A stretch of 60,553 bases of DNA from Candidatus Pacearchaeota archaeon (GCA_016181895.1 JACOYL010000010.1:1-60553), one strand, 5' to 3'. Shown: positions 8,861 to 18,994, counted from the stretch's first letter. A program made the numbers and translations. Notes: generated by a model from the letters alone, not told the origin.

Positions 8861-11308
8861 ATGACAATGCAAGTTATAAAGCGGGACGGAAGGAAGGAAC
8901 CAGTGAGTTTCGACAAGGTTTTAGAAAGAGTTCAAAGACTTTGCGACGGTTTGAACAGGCAATTTGTGGATCCTTCAGAGATAGCGAAAAAAGTCATCGA
9001 GGGGATTTATGACGGAGTCACGACATCTGAATTGGACGAACTCGCGGCGGAAACAGCGGCGAGTTTGAGCACCGTTCATCCCGATTATTTGAAGCTTGCG
9101 GCGCGGATTTCAATAAGCAATCTTCAAAAACAAACGAGCAATTCCTTCTCGGAAACAGTTGACATTCTTTACAATTATGTGCATCCTGAAACCGGAAAAC
9201 AGGCGGGAATGATTGGCGACGGAACCTACAAGGCTGTGATGGAAAACAAGGATTTGCTCGACGGAGTTATCGATTACAAGAGGGATTACAATTACGATTA
9301 TTTCGGATTCAAAACTCTTGAAAGGGCGTATCTTTTGAAAGTCAACGGAAAAGTCGTTGAAAGGCCGCAGCATTTGCTTATGCGCGTCGCGGTTGGAATC
9401 TGGGGAAGCGACATACAAAACGTGATTAAATCCTATGAATTGTTCAGCCAGGGATATTTCACGCATGCGACGCCGACATTGTTCAACTCCGGAACAAAAA
9501 GGCCGCAGTTGTCAAGCTGTTTCCTTGTTGCAATGAAAAGCGACAGCATAGACGGAATTTATGAAACACTGAAAAACATAGCCGTGATTTCAAAATATGC
9601 CGGAGGGATTGGAGTTCACATGCACAACATTCGCTCAAGCGGTTCATACATAAGGGGAAGCAACGGAATGAGCAACGGATTGGTTCCGATGCTTCGCGTT
9701 TACAACGCAACGGCAAGATATGTAGATCAGGGAGGAGGAAAAAGAAAAGGCGCGTTCGCCGTTTATTTGGAGCCGTGGCATTCTGATATTTTTGAATTTC
9801 TTGATTTGAGAAAAAACACGGGAAGCGAGGAGCTCAGGGCCAGGGATTTGTTTTATGCTCTTTGGATTCCGGATTTGTTCATGAAAAGAGTCGAGGAAAA
9901 CGGCAACTGGAGTTTATTCTGTCCTGATGAATCCCCCGGATTGTCGGATGTTTACGGAATTGAATTTGAAAGATTGTACTTGAAATACGAATCTGAAAAA
10001 AAAGCGAGAAAAATTGTAAAAGCCAGGGAGCTATGGGCGAAAATCGTCGAGAGCCAGATAGAAACTGGAAATCCCTACATGCTCTACAAGGATTCTGTAA
10101 ACAGAAAATCAAACCAGAAAAATCTCGGGACGATAAAATCCTCGAATCTTTGCACAGAAATTGTTGAATACACAGACTCCGATGAAACAGCTGTCTGCAA
10201 TCTTGCCTCCATTGCCTTGAATAAATTCGTAAGGGAAGACAGGAGTTTTGATTACAAGGACCTTTATGAAGTTGCCTATCAAGTCACGAAAAATCTCAAC
10301 AGGATTATCGACGTGAATCACTATCCGATTCCGGAGGCAAGGAAATCGAATCTCAGGCACAGACCCATAGGAATCGGAGTCCAGGGATTGGCAAACGCGT
10401 TTGCATTAATGAGGTTTCCCTTTGCATCGGACGAGGCAAAGGAAATCAATAAAAAAATCTTTGAAACAATTTACTTTGCCGCTTTGACCGCAAGCAAGGA
10501 CCTGGCAAAAACCGAAGGCACTTATGAAACTTTCCAAGGCTCTCCCGCTTCAGAGGGAATTCTGCAGTTTGACATGTGGAACGCAAAGCCGAGCAACATG
10601 TGGCCCTGGAATTCTTTAAGAGAGGAAATAAAAAAATACGGTTTGAGAAACAGCCTTCTTGTGGCTCCGATGCCCACTGCATCGACTTCGCAAATTCTCG
10701 GAAACAACGAATGCTTCGAGCCTTTCACGTCAAACATCTATACAAGAAGAACGCTTTCAGGAGAATTCATAATGATAAACAAATATCTCGTCGAGGATTT
10801 GATAAAACTCGGATTGTGGAACAACGAAATAAAAAACAAGATAATTTCCGGAAACGGAAGCATACAAAACATCCAGGAAATACCGAAAGAAATAAAAGAA
10901 TTGTACAGGACTGTTTGGGAAATAAAACAGAAGGACTTGATTGACATGGCTGCCGATCGCGGGGCTTTCATAGATCAAAGCCAGTCATTGAACATCTGGA
11001 TGAAGGATCCGACTTTTGCAAAAATCACAAGCATGCATTTTTACGGCTGGAAAAAAGGACTGAAAACAGGTATGTATTATTTGAGGACAAAGGCGGCGTC
11101 GCAGGCGATACAATTCACAGTCGACAAGTTTTTGGAAAAAACTTCCGAGACAAAAATAATTCCTGAAAATAAGTTGGATTCTTTCCCTAACAAATCCTTG
11201 AATGATTTCACGGGGCAAAACACAACGGAGAAAAATTCCTTGGAAAAAAAAGACAATGCATTTTGCACCTTGGATAATCCTGAAGATTGCGAGGCTTGCA
11301 GCAGCTGA
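8861..11308 (+). CDS. nrdA: class Ia ribonucleotide reductase alpha subunit (eukaryote-like subtype)
   Basis: ATP cone, [34 protein letters not shown]-terminal CEAC. Confidence 0.97.
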   Translation: MTMQVIKRDGRKEPVSFDKVLERVQRLCDGLNRQFVDPSEIAKKVIEGIYDGVTTSELDELAAETAASLSTVHPDYLKLAARISISNLQKQTSNSFSETVDILYNYVHPETGKQAGMIGDGTYKAVMENKDLLDGVIDYKRDYNYDYFGFKTLERAYLLKVNGKVVERPQHLLMRVAVGIWGSDIQNVIKSYELFSQGYFTHATPTLFNSGTKRPQLSSCFLVAMKSDSIDGIYETLKNIAVISKYAGGIGVHMHNIRSSGSYIRGSNGMSNGLVPMLRVYNATARYVDQGGGKRKGAFAVYLEPWHSDIFEFLDLRKNTGSEELRARDLFYALWIPDLFMKRVEENGNWSLFCPDESPGLSDVYGIEFERLYLKYESEKKARKIVKARELWAKIVESQIETGNPYMLYKDSVNRKSNQKNLGTIKSSNLCTEIVEYTDSDETAVCNLASIALNKFVREDRSFDYKDLYEVAYQVTKNLNRIIDVNHYPIPEARKSNLRHRPIGIGVQGLANAFALMRFPFASDEAKEINKKIFETIYFAALTASKDLAKTEGTYETFQGSPASEGILQFDMWNAKPSNMWPWNSLREEIKKYGLRNSLLVAPMPTASTSQILGNNECFEPFTSNIYTRRTLSGEFIMINKYLVEDLIKLGLWNNEIKNKIISGNGSIQNIQEIPKEIKELYRTVWEIKQKDLIDMAADRGAFIDQSQSLNIWMKDPTFAKITSMHFYGWKKGLKTGMYYLRTKAASQAIQFTVDKFLEKTSETKIIPENKLDSFPNKSLNDFTGQNTTEKNSLEKKDNAFCTLDNPEDCEACSS

Positions 11309-11329
11309 AAAACCGAGGAAAATTCGAAA

Positions 11330-11482
11330 ATGAAAAATGAATTTGATGAGGAAATTGATTTAACAAGAGAAGAAATTGATGGGTTGGAAGAAACAACTGA
11401 ATCTTTAAGAAATTATGGTAAATTTCATTTTAATTTTGATAAAAAGGATATTATAATTAATTGCAGGGGGTTGCAAATTTAA
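11330..11482 (+). CDS. small acidic hypothetical protein (50 aa)
   Basis: Hand translation MKNEFDEEIDLTREEIDGLEETTESLRNYGKFHFNFDKKDIIINCRGLQI; fills the nrdA-nrdD gap. Confidence 0.5.
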   Translation: MKNEFDEEIDLTREEIDGLEETTESLRNYGKFHFNFDKKDIIINCRGLQI

Positions 11483-11517
11483 GGAATTAAATTTTAAAAT
11501 AAACAAAGAAAATAAAA

Positions 11518-13560
11518 ATGGTGAAAAAAGTAAGAAAAAGGGATGGAAGCGTCGTGCTTTTCGACGGCAACAAAATCACGGAAGCAATTTGGAAAGCCGC
11601 GAAAGCAGTTGGGGGAAAAGACAGGGAAAGGGCGGAAAATGTTTCAGGTTTGGTTGTAAAAGAACTGGAAAAGAAACACGGGGAAAACGGAATTCCCGGA
11701 GTCGAGGAAATCCAGGACATCGTGGAAAAAATGCTGATAGAAGAGGGGCATGCAAAAACCGCGAAGGCTTACATATTGTACAGAAAAAGCCACGAGGAAT
11801 TGAGGAGCATAAAGGAATTGTTCGACACGATTGAAGTCGTCGAGGATTACATCGGATTGAACGACTGGATGATAAAGGAAAATTCCAACATGGGTTTCTC
11901 TCTGCAGGGATTGAACAATTACATAACGACGAAAATAATCACGAATTACTGGATCAGGAGAATTTATCCGGAAGTGATAAGAAAAGCCCACGAAAACGTC
12001 GACTTGCATCTGCATGATTTGGGAACCCTTGGAGCGTATTGCGTCGGCTGGGATTTGAAGGACTTGCTTACAATCGGATTCAAGGGAGTTCCGGGAAAAG
12101 TCGAGTCAAAACCCGCAAAACATTTGAGGTCTGCTCTCGGGCAGGTTGTGAATTTTTTCTACACGCTTCAAGGAGAAACCGCGGGAGCGCAGGCATTTTC
12201 AAATTTTGACACGCTTCTCGCTCCCTTTGTAAGATACGACGATTTGAATTACCCGCAAATAAAACAGGCGATGCAGGAATTTCTTTTCAATTTGGCTGTT
12301 CCCACAAGAGTCGGATTTCAAACGCCGTTCACAAACATAACTTTGGACTTGAAAGTTCCGGAATACATGAAAGACGAACCGGTAATCATCGGAGGGGAAA
12401 TGAAAAAGGAAACCTACAAAGAATTCCAAGAAGAGATGAACATGCTCAACAAGGCATTTGCGGAAATCATGATTGATGGCGACGCCGCCGGAAGGCCTTT
12501 TACTTTTCCGATTCCGACGTACAACATAACAAAAGATTTCGATTGGGACAATCCTTCCTATGAACCCATATGGGAAATGACTGCAAAATACGGAATCCCT
12601 TATTTTTCAAATTTCATCAATTCGGACATGAAACCAGAGGATGCAAGAAGCATGTGCTGCCGTCTCAGATTGGATCAAACGGAATTGAGAAAAAGGGGCG
12701 GAGGGCTTTTTGGAGCGAATCCGCAAACAGGTTCCATAGGCGTTGTCACGATAAACATGGCGAGAATCGGATTCACTTCCGGAGATGAGGAAGAATTTTT
12801 CAAAAAACTCAACGAGCTGATGGAGCTTGCAAAGGAAAGCTTGGAAATAAAAAGAAAAGCGCTTGAAAAATTCACAGACTTAGGACTTTACCCCTATTCG
12901 AAATTTTATTTGAGCAACATCAAAAAAAGATTCAACGGATACTGGAAAAATCATTTTGCCACGATAGGATTGCTGGGAATGAACGAGGCAATAGTGAATT
13001 TCATGCCGGGAGAAAACATCGCCTCTGAAAAAGGAAGAAATTTTGCCTTGAGGGTTTTGGATTTCATGAGAAAAAAACTCGAGGAATATCAGGAAGAAAC
13101 CGGCAACATATACAATCTGGAAGCAACTCCCGGAGAGGGAACAACTTATCGCTTCGCCAAGAACGACAAGAAAAGATTCGGAAGAATTATCGTCGCCAAC
13201 GAACACGCTGTAAAAAACGGGGGAAATCCCTATTACACTAATTCAACCCATCTTCCTGTAAATTACATGGACGACGTTTTTGAGTCCCTTGAACTGCAGG
13301 ACGATTTGCAGACAAAGTACACGGGAGGAACGGTTTTGCACATTTTTATAGGGGAAAAACTTGAAAAAAACGACGTCAAGATTTTAATCAAAAAAATCGC
13401 GGAAAATTTCAGGCTTCCTTATTTTACCCTGACGCCGACATTTTCCATTTGCCCGAATCACGGTTATCTTGCCGGAGACCACGAGTATTGTCCGAAATGC
13501 GACGAGAAAATCGGTTATCTTGAAAAAGAATTAAACTTGAAAATAAAACAGGGAGGTTAA
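11518..13560 (+). CDS. nrdD: class III anaerobic ribonucleotide reductase, large part (lacks glycyl-radical loop)
   Basis: ATP cone, HLHDL, AYCVGW, SMCCRL, LEATPGE, KYTGGT, CxxH...CxxC; ends without RxxGY. Confidence 0.95.
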   Translation: MVKKVRKRDGSVVLFDGNKITEAIWKAAKAVGGKDRERAENVSGLVVKELEKKHGENGIPGVEEIQDIVEKMLIEEGHAKTAKAYILYRKSHEELRSIKELFDTIEVVEDYIGLNDWMIKENSNMGFSLQGLNNYITTKIITNYWIRRIYPEVIRKAHENVDLHLHDLGTLGAYCVGWDLKDLLTIGFKGVPGKVESKPAKHLRSALGQVVNFFYTLQGETAGAQAFSNFDTLLAPFVRYDDLNYPQIKQAMQEFLFNLAVPTRVGFQTPFTNITLDLKVPEYMKDEPVIIGGEMKKETYKEFQEEMNMLNKAFAEIMIDGDAAGRPFTFPIPTYNITKDFDWDNPSYEPIWEMTAKYGIPYFSNFINSDMKPEDARSMCCRLRLDQTELRKRGGGLFGANPQTGSIGVVTINMARIGFTSGDEEEFFKKLNELMELAKESLEIKRKALEKFTDLGLYPYSKFYLSNIKKRFNGYWKNHFATIGLLGMNEAIVNFMPGENIASEKGRNFALRVLDFMRKKLEEYQEETGNIYNLEATPGEGTTYRFAKNDKKRFGRIIVANEHAVKNGGNPYYTNSTHLPVNYMDDVFESLELQDDLQTKYTGGTVLHIFIGEKLEKNDVKILIKKIAENFRLPYFTLTPTFSICPNHGYLAGDHEYCPKCDEKIGYLEKELNLKIKQGG

Positions 13561-13561
13561 A

Positions 13562-13729
13562 ATGGAAATTAAACGAACAAGATGCGAAAGATACTCAAGA
13601 ATTGTCGGGTATCTGAGACCCTTGGAACAATGGAACGAAGGAAAAAGGGCTGAATGGGACGACAGGAAAATGTTCAAGATAGCGATTGAAAATGTTAATA
13701 AAAGGGCTGCAAAAAACAACGCTGATTGA
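13562..13729 (+). CDS. stand-alone NrdD C-terminal glycyl-radical domain (55 aa)
   Basis: GGAGG SD; MEIKRTRCERYSRIVGYLRPLEQWNEGKRAEWDDRKMF...; not in the ORF track. Confidence 0.9.
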   Translation: MEIKRTRCERYSRIVGYLRPLEQWNEGKRAEWDDRKMFKIAIENVNKRAAKNNAD

Positions 13730-14393
13730 TTATCCCGGGAAAGTAGCCTGCACGATTTTCTTGTTCGGCTGCAATTTTCGCTGCGGTTACTGCCACAATC
13801 CTGAATTAGTCGCAACCCCTGAAAATTTTTCATATTCTGAAAATGCAATTCTTGATTTTCTTGAAAAACGAAAAAGGTATCTTGAAGGAGTTTGCATAAC
13901 AGGCGGAGAGCCTTTGATGAATATTGATTTGGAATTCCTGAGGAAAATAAAAAATCTTGGATATAAAATAAAATTGGACACAAACGGGAGTTTTCCCGAA
14001 AAACTGAAAAAGATAATTGAAGAAGAACTTGTCGATTACATTGCAATGGACATAAAAGCCTCAAAGGAAAACTATGAAAAAGTTGTCAATTCGAATGTTT
14101 CAATTGAAAAAATCGAGGAGAGCATTGCGATAATTTCAGATTTTCCCGAGCATGAATTCAGAACCACGATTGTTAAAAGATTTCACAATGCCGAGGAAAT
14201 AAAGAAAATCATGATTTGGCTCAATGAAATTAGCAAAAAGAAGGATTTAAAGTACTATCTTCAGGGATTTAAAAACTCGGGAAAACTTCTGGATTCGGGA
14301 TTTTCATCAGAGAAGAATGTTGATGAAGTTTATTTGCTGGAATTGAAAAAAATTTGCGAGCCAAACTGCAAGGAAGTGATTGTAAGAGTTTGA
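13692..14393 (+). CDS. nrdG: anaerobic RNR activating radical-SAM protein
   Basis: CNFRCGYCHN, ITGGEP, KLDTNG, EFRTT. Confidence 0.92.
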   Translation: MLIKGLQKTTLIDYPGKVACTIFLFGCNFRCGYCHNPELVATPENFSYSENAILDFLEKRKRYLEGVCITGGEPLMNIDLEFLRKIKNLGYKIKLDTNGSFPEKLKKIIEEELVDYIAMDIKASKENYEKVVNSNVSIEKIEESIAIISDFPEHEFRTTIVKRFHNAEEIKKIMIWLNEISKKKDLKYYLQGFKNSGKLLDSGFSSEKNVDEVYLLELKKICEPNCKEVIVRV

Positions 14394-14443
14394 TTGAGAA
14401 CATAAATTTTTATAAATTTGCTTTTAGTTTTTTTCAAATGCCC

Positions 14444-14863
14444 ATGGAAATAAAAGTTCAAAAAATTCACCCGGATGCAAAAATCCCTATGTATGCTCAT
14501 CATGGAGATGCCGGTATGGATTTGTTTGCTATTGAAAATTACAATTTAAAATCTGGAGAAAGAAAAATATTCGGAACGGGATTGAAAATAGAAATTCCTA
14601 AAGGATATGTAAGTTTGATTTGGGACAAAAGCGGAATTGCAAGTAAGGGGATAAAAACGATGGGAGGGGTTATAGAACACACTTATCGAGGGGAATATAA
14701 AGTTATTTTAGTGAACCTTTCAAATGAGAGTTATGAAATAAAAACAGGCGATAAAATAGCGCAATTGCTTATTCAACCGGTAGAAACGGCAACTGTTATT
14801 GAAGTTAATGAATTGGGCGAAACACAAAGAGGAGACGGCAGTTTCGGAAGCACGGGAAGATAA
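14444..14863 (+). CDS. dut: trimeric dUTPase
   Basis: AGMDL, DKSG, GVIEHTYRGE, IAQL, RGDGSFGSTG; TTTATAAA about 30 nt upstream. Confidence 0.9.
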   Translation: MEIKVQKIHPDAKIPMYAHHGDAGMDLFAIENYNLKSGERKIFGTGLKIEIPKGYVSLIWDKSGIASKGIKTMGGVIEHTYRGEYKVILVNLSNESYEIKTGDKIAQLLIQPVETATVIEVNELGETQRGDGSFGSTGR

Positions 14864-14944
14864 TACATAACCTCTCAAAAGTAATCAAAAAATCATATAT
14901 AATTTTATAATAGGTTTATTTCTTAGGTTTTATAAGAGAGGAAA

Positions 14945-17122
14945 ATGGCTTCGGAAAAATTCATTCAAAATTTAAAGGAAATGAAATGGCCGCAGGAATT
15001 CGGCGAGAAACTCGAATTGGGAAATCTCGACAGCAACATCGGAATAGCTGTCTTGTGGTCTTTCAAAGATGTTGTTTCAAAAAATCTCGACAAAAAAGAC
15101 TATGCGATTTTGGGAAATTATTATGACAGGAAAAACGGGCTCGAGCCCCTGATAAGAAACTGCCTTGCAAATCCCAACATAAGATACATAATTCTTCTCG
15201 GAAACGACAAGGCCCAAAGCAAGGATGTTTTAAGGAATTTTTTTGAAAAGGGATTTGATGAAAAAGGTTTTGTCGTGGGAACAGAGGCTCGGATTCCAAG
15301 GGGAATTCCTTTTGAGGATTTGGAAAAACTGAAACAAAACGTGAAAATTTTTGACGTCACGGAAAAAGTAAAGGATCAAAACAACTCCGAGGACTATGCA
15401 AAAGCGATAAAAGAAATCCTGGCTTCCTTGGAAAAAAAAGAGCCTTATGACGAGCCGAAATTGTACGAGAAACAAGCATTGGAAACAGATTCTTTTCCCT
15501 CGGAAAAAGTAGGATTTGTAGCAAGAGGAAAAACCATAGGGGAAGTTTGGTTGAAATTGTTGCACAATGTTTACAATTACGGGACGATAACCAAAATGAA
15601 AGTAAAGGATTCCGAACAAATCAGAGTAATCACAGACATAATTTCTGTTGTTTCCGATGAAGATCCCGACAATCCAAAAATGGAGCCATATTTCAGGTTT
15701 GATGAAAAATATCTCAAATCATATTATGATGAAATCTGCACAGACAAAATTCCTGAGGGCACAATTTATACATACGGTTCAAGATTGAGGAGATGGGAAG
15801 GAAAAAACGGAATGAAGATTGACCAAGTCATTGATGCAATAGAATATTTAAAACCGGACATTCTAAGAACCTCCGCGGTCATGCAAACATGGATTGTCGA
15901 AGATGAATTGACAAGAAGGTATCTAAACAAGGATAAAAACAGCCCGTGCATTGTTCTCGTTCATCCTTTTGCTCCGGACGGAAAATTGCACATGACTTCC
16001 TATATAAGAAGCAATGACATGTTTCGTGCATGGCCTTTAAACGCATTCGGCTTGAGAAAACTGCAGAAAATAATTGCTCAGGGTTTGGAAATTGATATGG
16101 GGGACTTGATTATAATTTCATCAAGCGCGCACATTTATCAGGACTGTTGGAACGACACAAAAGAAATTCTGAAAGAATATTATAAGGAAGAAAACACTTT
16201 TTCAGATCCAAGGGGATATTACACGATAGTTTTGAAACAGGGAAAAATAAAAGTTGACCATTATTCTCCGGACAGCCAATTGCTGAAAGAATACTCTGGG
16301 ATTTCGGCGAGGGAAATAAACAATCAGATAAACTCAAGTCAGCATCCTTCCGATTCCTTTCATTCTTCTTACTTGGGCGAAGAGTTGATGAAAGCCCAGA
16401 TTGCATTGGAAAACGGGCTTGAATACACTCAGGATTCGCCCCTGAAAATTTCTTTAAATCAATTAAATCAGCAATCATGTGATACAAATTCAAATGCGAT
16501 AAAAATCAATCTGGAAAAAAATGAAACCTATCTTGAAAAAGAGATGACAAAATTGGATGAAATATTCAGGGAGCATATTGAAGAATCCAAAAAAAAGGGA
16601 AAGGATTTGTTTGAGCACTGGAAAAAGCCGGAGTGGGACGAATATTTCATGTCAATGGCTGTTCTTATCTCGATGCGTTCAATAGATCCAAGCCAAAAAA
16701 ACGGATGCGTTATCGTCGACGAAAACCACAAAGTTCTCAGCATAGGTTACAACGGATTTCCCCGCGGTTCTCAGGACGAATTGATTCCTCTTACACGCCC
16801 GGAAAAATATCTTTTCATAGAACACGCCGAGAAAAATGCGATATTGAACAAGCAATTCGACATAAAGGGCTCGACTTTATACAACGTGGGTTTTCCCTGT
16901 TTGCCGTGTTTCAGGTCGATAATACAATCGGGAATAAAAAGAGTTGTTTACCTTGACAAAATAAAATCAAGGATAATTTCGGAAGAGGACGAGGAAGCGA
17001 TTAAAAAATTGATGATTGGGCGAGAAGATTTAACCCTGGAAAAATTTGAAAAAGACCCTTTGCAATGCTTGTACAAGGCGATTGAATATTACAAGATGAA
17101 AACAATGTCGAAGGAAAAATAA
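14945..17122 (+). CDS. MtrA-like / thymidylate synthase / DUF4346-like / dCMP deaminase fusion
   Basis: LANPNIRYIILLG; YTYGSRLR, SPC, RSNDMFRAWPLN, SAHIY; DPRGY...HSSYLGEEL..A..AL....YTQD; WDEYFM, GYNG, HAEKNA, PCLPC. Confidence 0.85.
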   Translation: MASEKFIQNLKEMKWPQEFGEKLELGNLDSNIGIAVLWSFKDVVSKNLDKKDYAILGNYYDRKNGLEPLIRNCLANPNIRYIILLGNDKAQSKDVLRNFFEKGFDEKGFVVGTEARIPRGIPFEDLEKLKQNVKIFDVTEKVKDQNNSEDYAKAIKEILASLEKKEPYDEPKLYEKQALETDSFPSEKVGFVARGKTIGEVWLKLLHNVYNYGTITKMKVKDSEQIRVITDIISVVSDEDPDNPKMEPYFRFDEKYLKSYYDEICTDKIPEGTIYTYGSRLRRWEGKNGMKIDQVIDAIEYLKPDILRTSAVMQTWIVEDELTRRYLNKDKNSPCIVLVHPFAPDGKLHMTSYIRSNDMFRAWPLNAFGLRKLQKIIAQGLEIDMGDLIIISSSAHIYQDCWNDTKEILKEYYKEENTFSDPRGYYTIVLKQGKIKVDHYSPDSQLLKEYSGISAREINNQINSSQHPSDSFHSSYLGEELMKAQIALENGLEYTQDSPLKISLNQLNQQSCDTNSNAIKINLEKNETYLEKEMTKLDEIFREHIEESKKKGKDLFEHWKKPEWDEYFMSMAVLISMRSIDPSQKNGCVIVDENHKVLSIGYNGFPRGSQDELIPLTRPEKYLFIEHAEKNAILNKQFDIKGSTLYNVGFPCLPCFRSIIQSGIKRVVYLDKIKSRIISEEDEEAIKKLMIGREDLTLEKFEKDPLQCLYKAIEYYKMKTMSKEK

Positions 17123-17144
17123 TCTGACAAATAAATCATATTGG

Positions 17145-17236
17145 TTCGCTTCGCTCACGATTAATAGATTATATTAATGACAACCCTGTGATTTTAATTA
17201 ATACCATCATCAATTACGAACGAACTTGTGAGTGAA
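17145..17236. repeat. dispersed intergenic element, copy 1, with terminal inverted arms
   Basis: TTCGCTCAC (17150) pairs with GTGAGTGAA (17228-17236); core resembles 26711, 37393 and 59363. Confidence 0.5.
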
Positions 17237-17306
17237 TAAATTTAAGGTTGCATAAATACCTGAAAGGAAAAGAAACTTTTATAAATTCTTTTTTTGAGTT
17301 ATTAAA

Positions 17307-17630
17307 ATGGCAAACAATGGAATTCCAGAATTGAGCAAGGGCGAATTTGAGAACTACATAAAAGAGGGCAGCATCCTCATAGATTTCTTCGCGGACTGGT
17401 GCATGCCCTGTGTAATGATGTCTCCTGTTCTCGAAGAGCTTTCTGAAAAATTTCATGGAAAGATAAAATTCGGCAAGATAAATGTCGATGACAATCAGGC
17501 TCTCGCCCAAAAGTTCAACGTGGTTTCGATTCCCAATTTTGTTTTATTCAAGGATGGAAAAAAGGCGGAGCAGTTCATAGGGGCGATGCCTCTCGAGGAA
17601 TTTGAGAAAAGGCTGAGAAAGATTGTGTGA
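17307..17630 (+). CDS. trxA: thioredoxin
   Basis: DFFADWCMPC, SIPNF..FKDG. Confidence 0.95.
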   Translation: MANNGIPELSKGEFENYIKEGSILIDFFADWCMPCVMMSPVLEELSEKFHGKIKFGKINVDDNQALAQKFNVVSIPNFVLFKDGKKAEQFIGAMPLEEFEKRLRKIV

Positions 17631-17640
17631 AGATTTGGTT

Positions 17641-17652
17641 ATGGCCCCGATG
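17641..17652. repeat. att-like 12-bp duplication of the tRNA-Lys 3' end
   Basis: ATGGCCCCGATG is identical to 18528-18539. Confidence 0.7.
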
Positions 17653-17684
17653 ACCTTTAATATAAAGTGTAACACCTGATTTAA

Positions 17685-18449
17685 TTAACCTTTCTCCACA
17701 ATTAGCAATGCGTCTTTAAAATCAAGATAACCATTCTTCTGGAATTTCCTTATTTTTGTTCTAAATCTTTCACTTAGTCTTTTATTAGGATATTTGTTAG
17801 TATTATGAATAAACCTATAAAAATTATTCAAATCAAATAGATGATGGTTTCTAACCATGTCTCCCACATACATTCTCATTCTAAATCTTTTTACTCTCAC
17901 GTTTAATCCTCTTTTTCTGTAAAAATTAGCAATATACTCAGAATAGTTAAATTTAGGATAAACTTGTTTTAGCATTATATTATAATGGTCGCTTTTTTCT
18001 GGTAATGTTAATATCATAAGCTTCCCCCCTTTCTTAACAAACGAAAGAATTTTAATCAGCTGTTTTCTATAACCTTTTTCATTAATAGCCCAATAGTAAT
18101 TAGTATGAGAAGTAAAAACAAGATCATACTGCTTTTTTAGTCTAAGGGTGGAGAGAGTATTGACATAAGAATTTCCTATCTTATTTTCAAACTTCAAAAA
18201 TTTCTTTGCTGAAATAAGTGCCTTCTTATTTGGTTCAACTAAATCACAAATATATTTATTTTTGACTCTATCAAGTATTTGTTTAGTGGTATGTCCTTCC
18301 CCACAGCCAATATCAATAATTTTACCTCCTTTAATTTCTTCAGATATTTTTTGAACTATTTTGAACCAATCCTCTACAAAAGTTCTGATATAGATATTTT
18401 CATAAATATCTGCAAATTGTTTATCTCCCCAGAAATACCATTGAGTCAT
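17685..18449 (-). CDS. class I SAM-dependent methyltransferase
   Basis: IIDIGCGEG motif I; visibly AT-rich. Confidence 0.85.
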   Translation of the reverse strand: MTQWYFWGDKQFADIYENIYIRTFVEDWFKIVQKISEEIKGGKIIDIGCGEGHTTKQILDRVKNKYICDLVEPNKKALISAKKFLKFENKIGNSYVNTLSTLRLKKQYDLVFTSHTNYYWAINEKGYRKQLIKILSFVKKGGKLMILTLPEKSDHYNIMLKQVYPKFNYSEYIANFYRKRGLNVRVKRFRMRMYVGDMVRNHHLFDLNNFYRFIHNTNKYPNKRLSERFRTKIRKFQKNGYLDFKDALLIVEKG

Positions 18450-18528
18450 AATTTCTTCAAGAATTTTATATTAAAAAAGGTTAGCTTTTTGAATCCACCT
18501 TTAATACTATTGTTACAGAAATTATGGA

Positions 18529-18644
18529 TGGCCCCGATGGGATTTGAACCCACGACACCTGGATATCTTCGCACCTGTGCGAATCTTGTCATGTTCCGTG
18601 ATGCGTAAAAGTCCAGTGCTCTGACCAAGCTGAGCTACGGAGCC
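18529..18644 (-). tRNA. tRNA-Lys(UUU) with a 41-nt intron (18565-18605)
   Basis: GGCTCCG/CGGGGCC acceptor, CTGGA/TCCAG anticodon stem, TTT anticodon, GTTCAAATC; BHB helix CUUU:GAAG and intron stem GCATC:GGTGC. Confidence 0.95.
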
Positions 18645-18784
18645 TCTATTTTTAAAAATGAAAAGACAATTTAAAAGATTATCCTTCGCAAAAAAAACCG
18701 CAAGCTTTTTAAACTAATTTTTAGTTTCTTTTATTATCCTTAAGTTGCTAAATTAAACCACAAACTTTTTAAAGCCCTTCTAAG

Positions 18785-18994
18785 ATGCATGCCCTCCAAT
18801 CGAAACATTCCAAACTCAGCGAAAAAGACGCTGTTGAACTTTTGAAAAAACTCAATATTTCCAAATCGCAATTGCCCAAAATTCTTTTATCTGATTCAGC
18901 ACTGACGGAAAACTGCAAAGTCGGAGACGTTATAAAAATCGAAAGAGCATCCCCCGACGGCAAACCCGTATTGTATTTCAGGGTTGTCGTATAG
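18785..18994 (+). CDS. rpoH: RNA polymerase subunit H (Rpo5)
   Basis: QLPKILLSD...GDVIKIER...YFRVV. Confidence 0.9.
   Translation: MHALQSKHSKLSEKDAVELLKKLNISKSQLPKILLSDSALTENCKVGDVIKIERASPDGKPVLYFRVVV

Noticed and set aside
14864-14944. Additional NrdR boxes before the thymidylate synthase fusion or nrdD
   Set aside because: No convincing CwAnATnTwG core found
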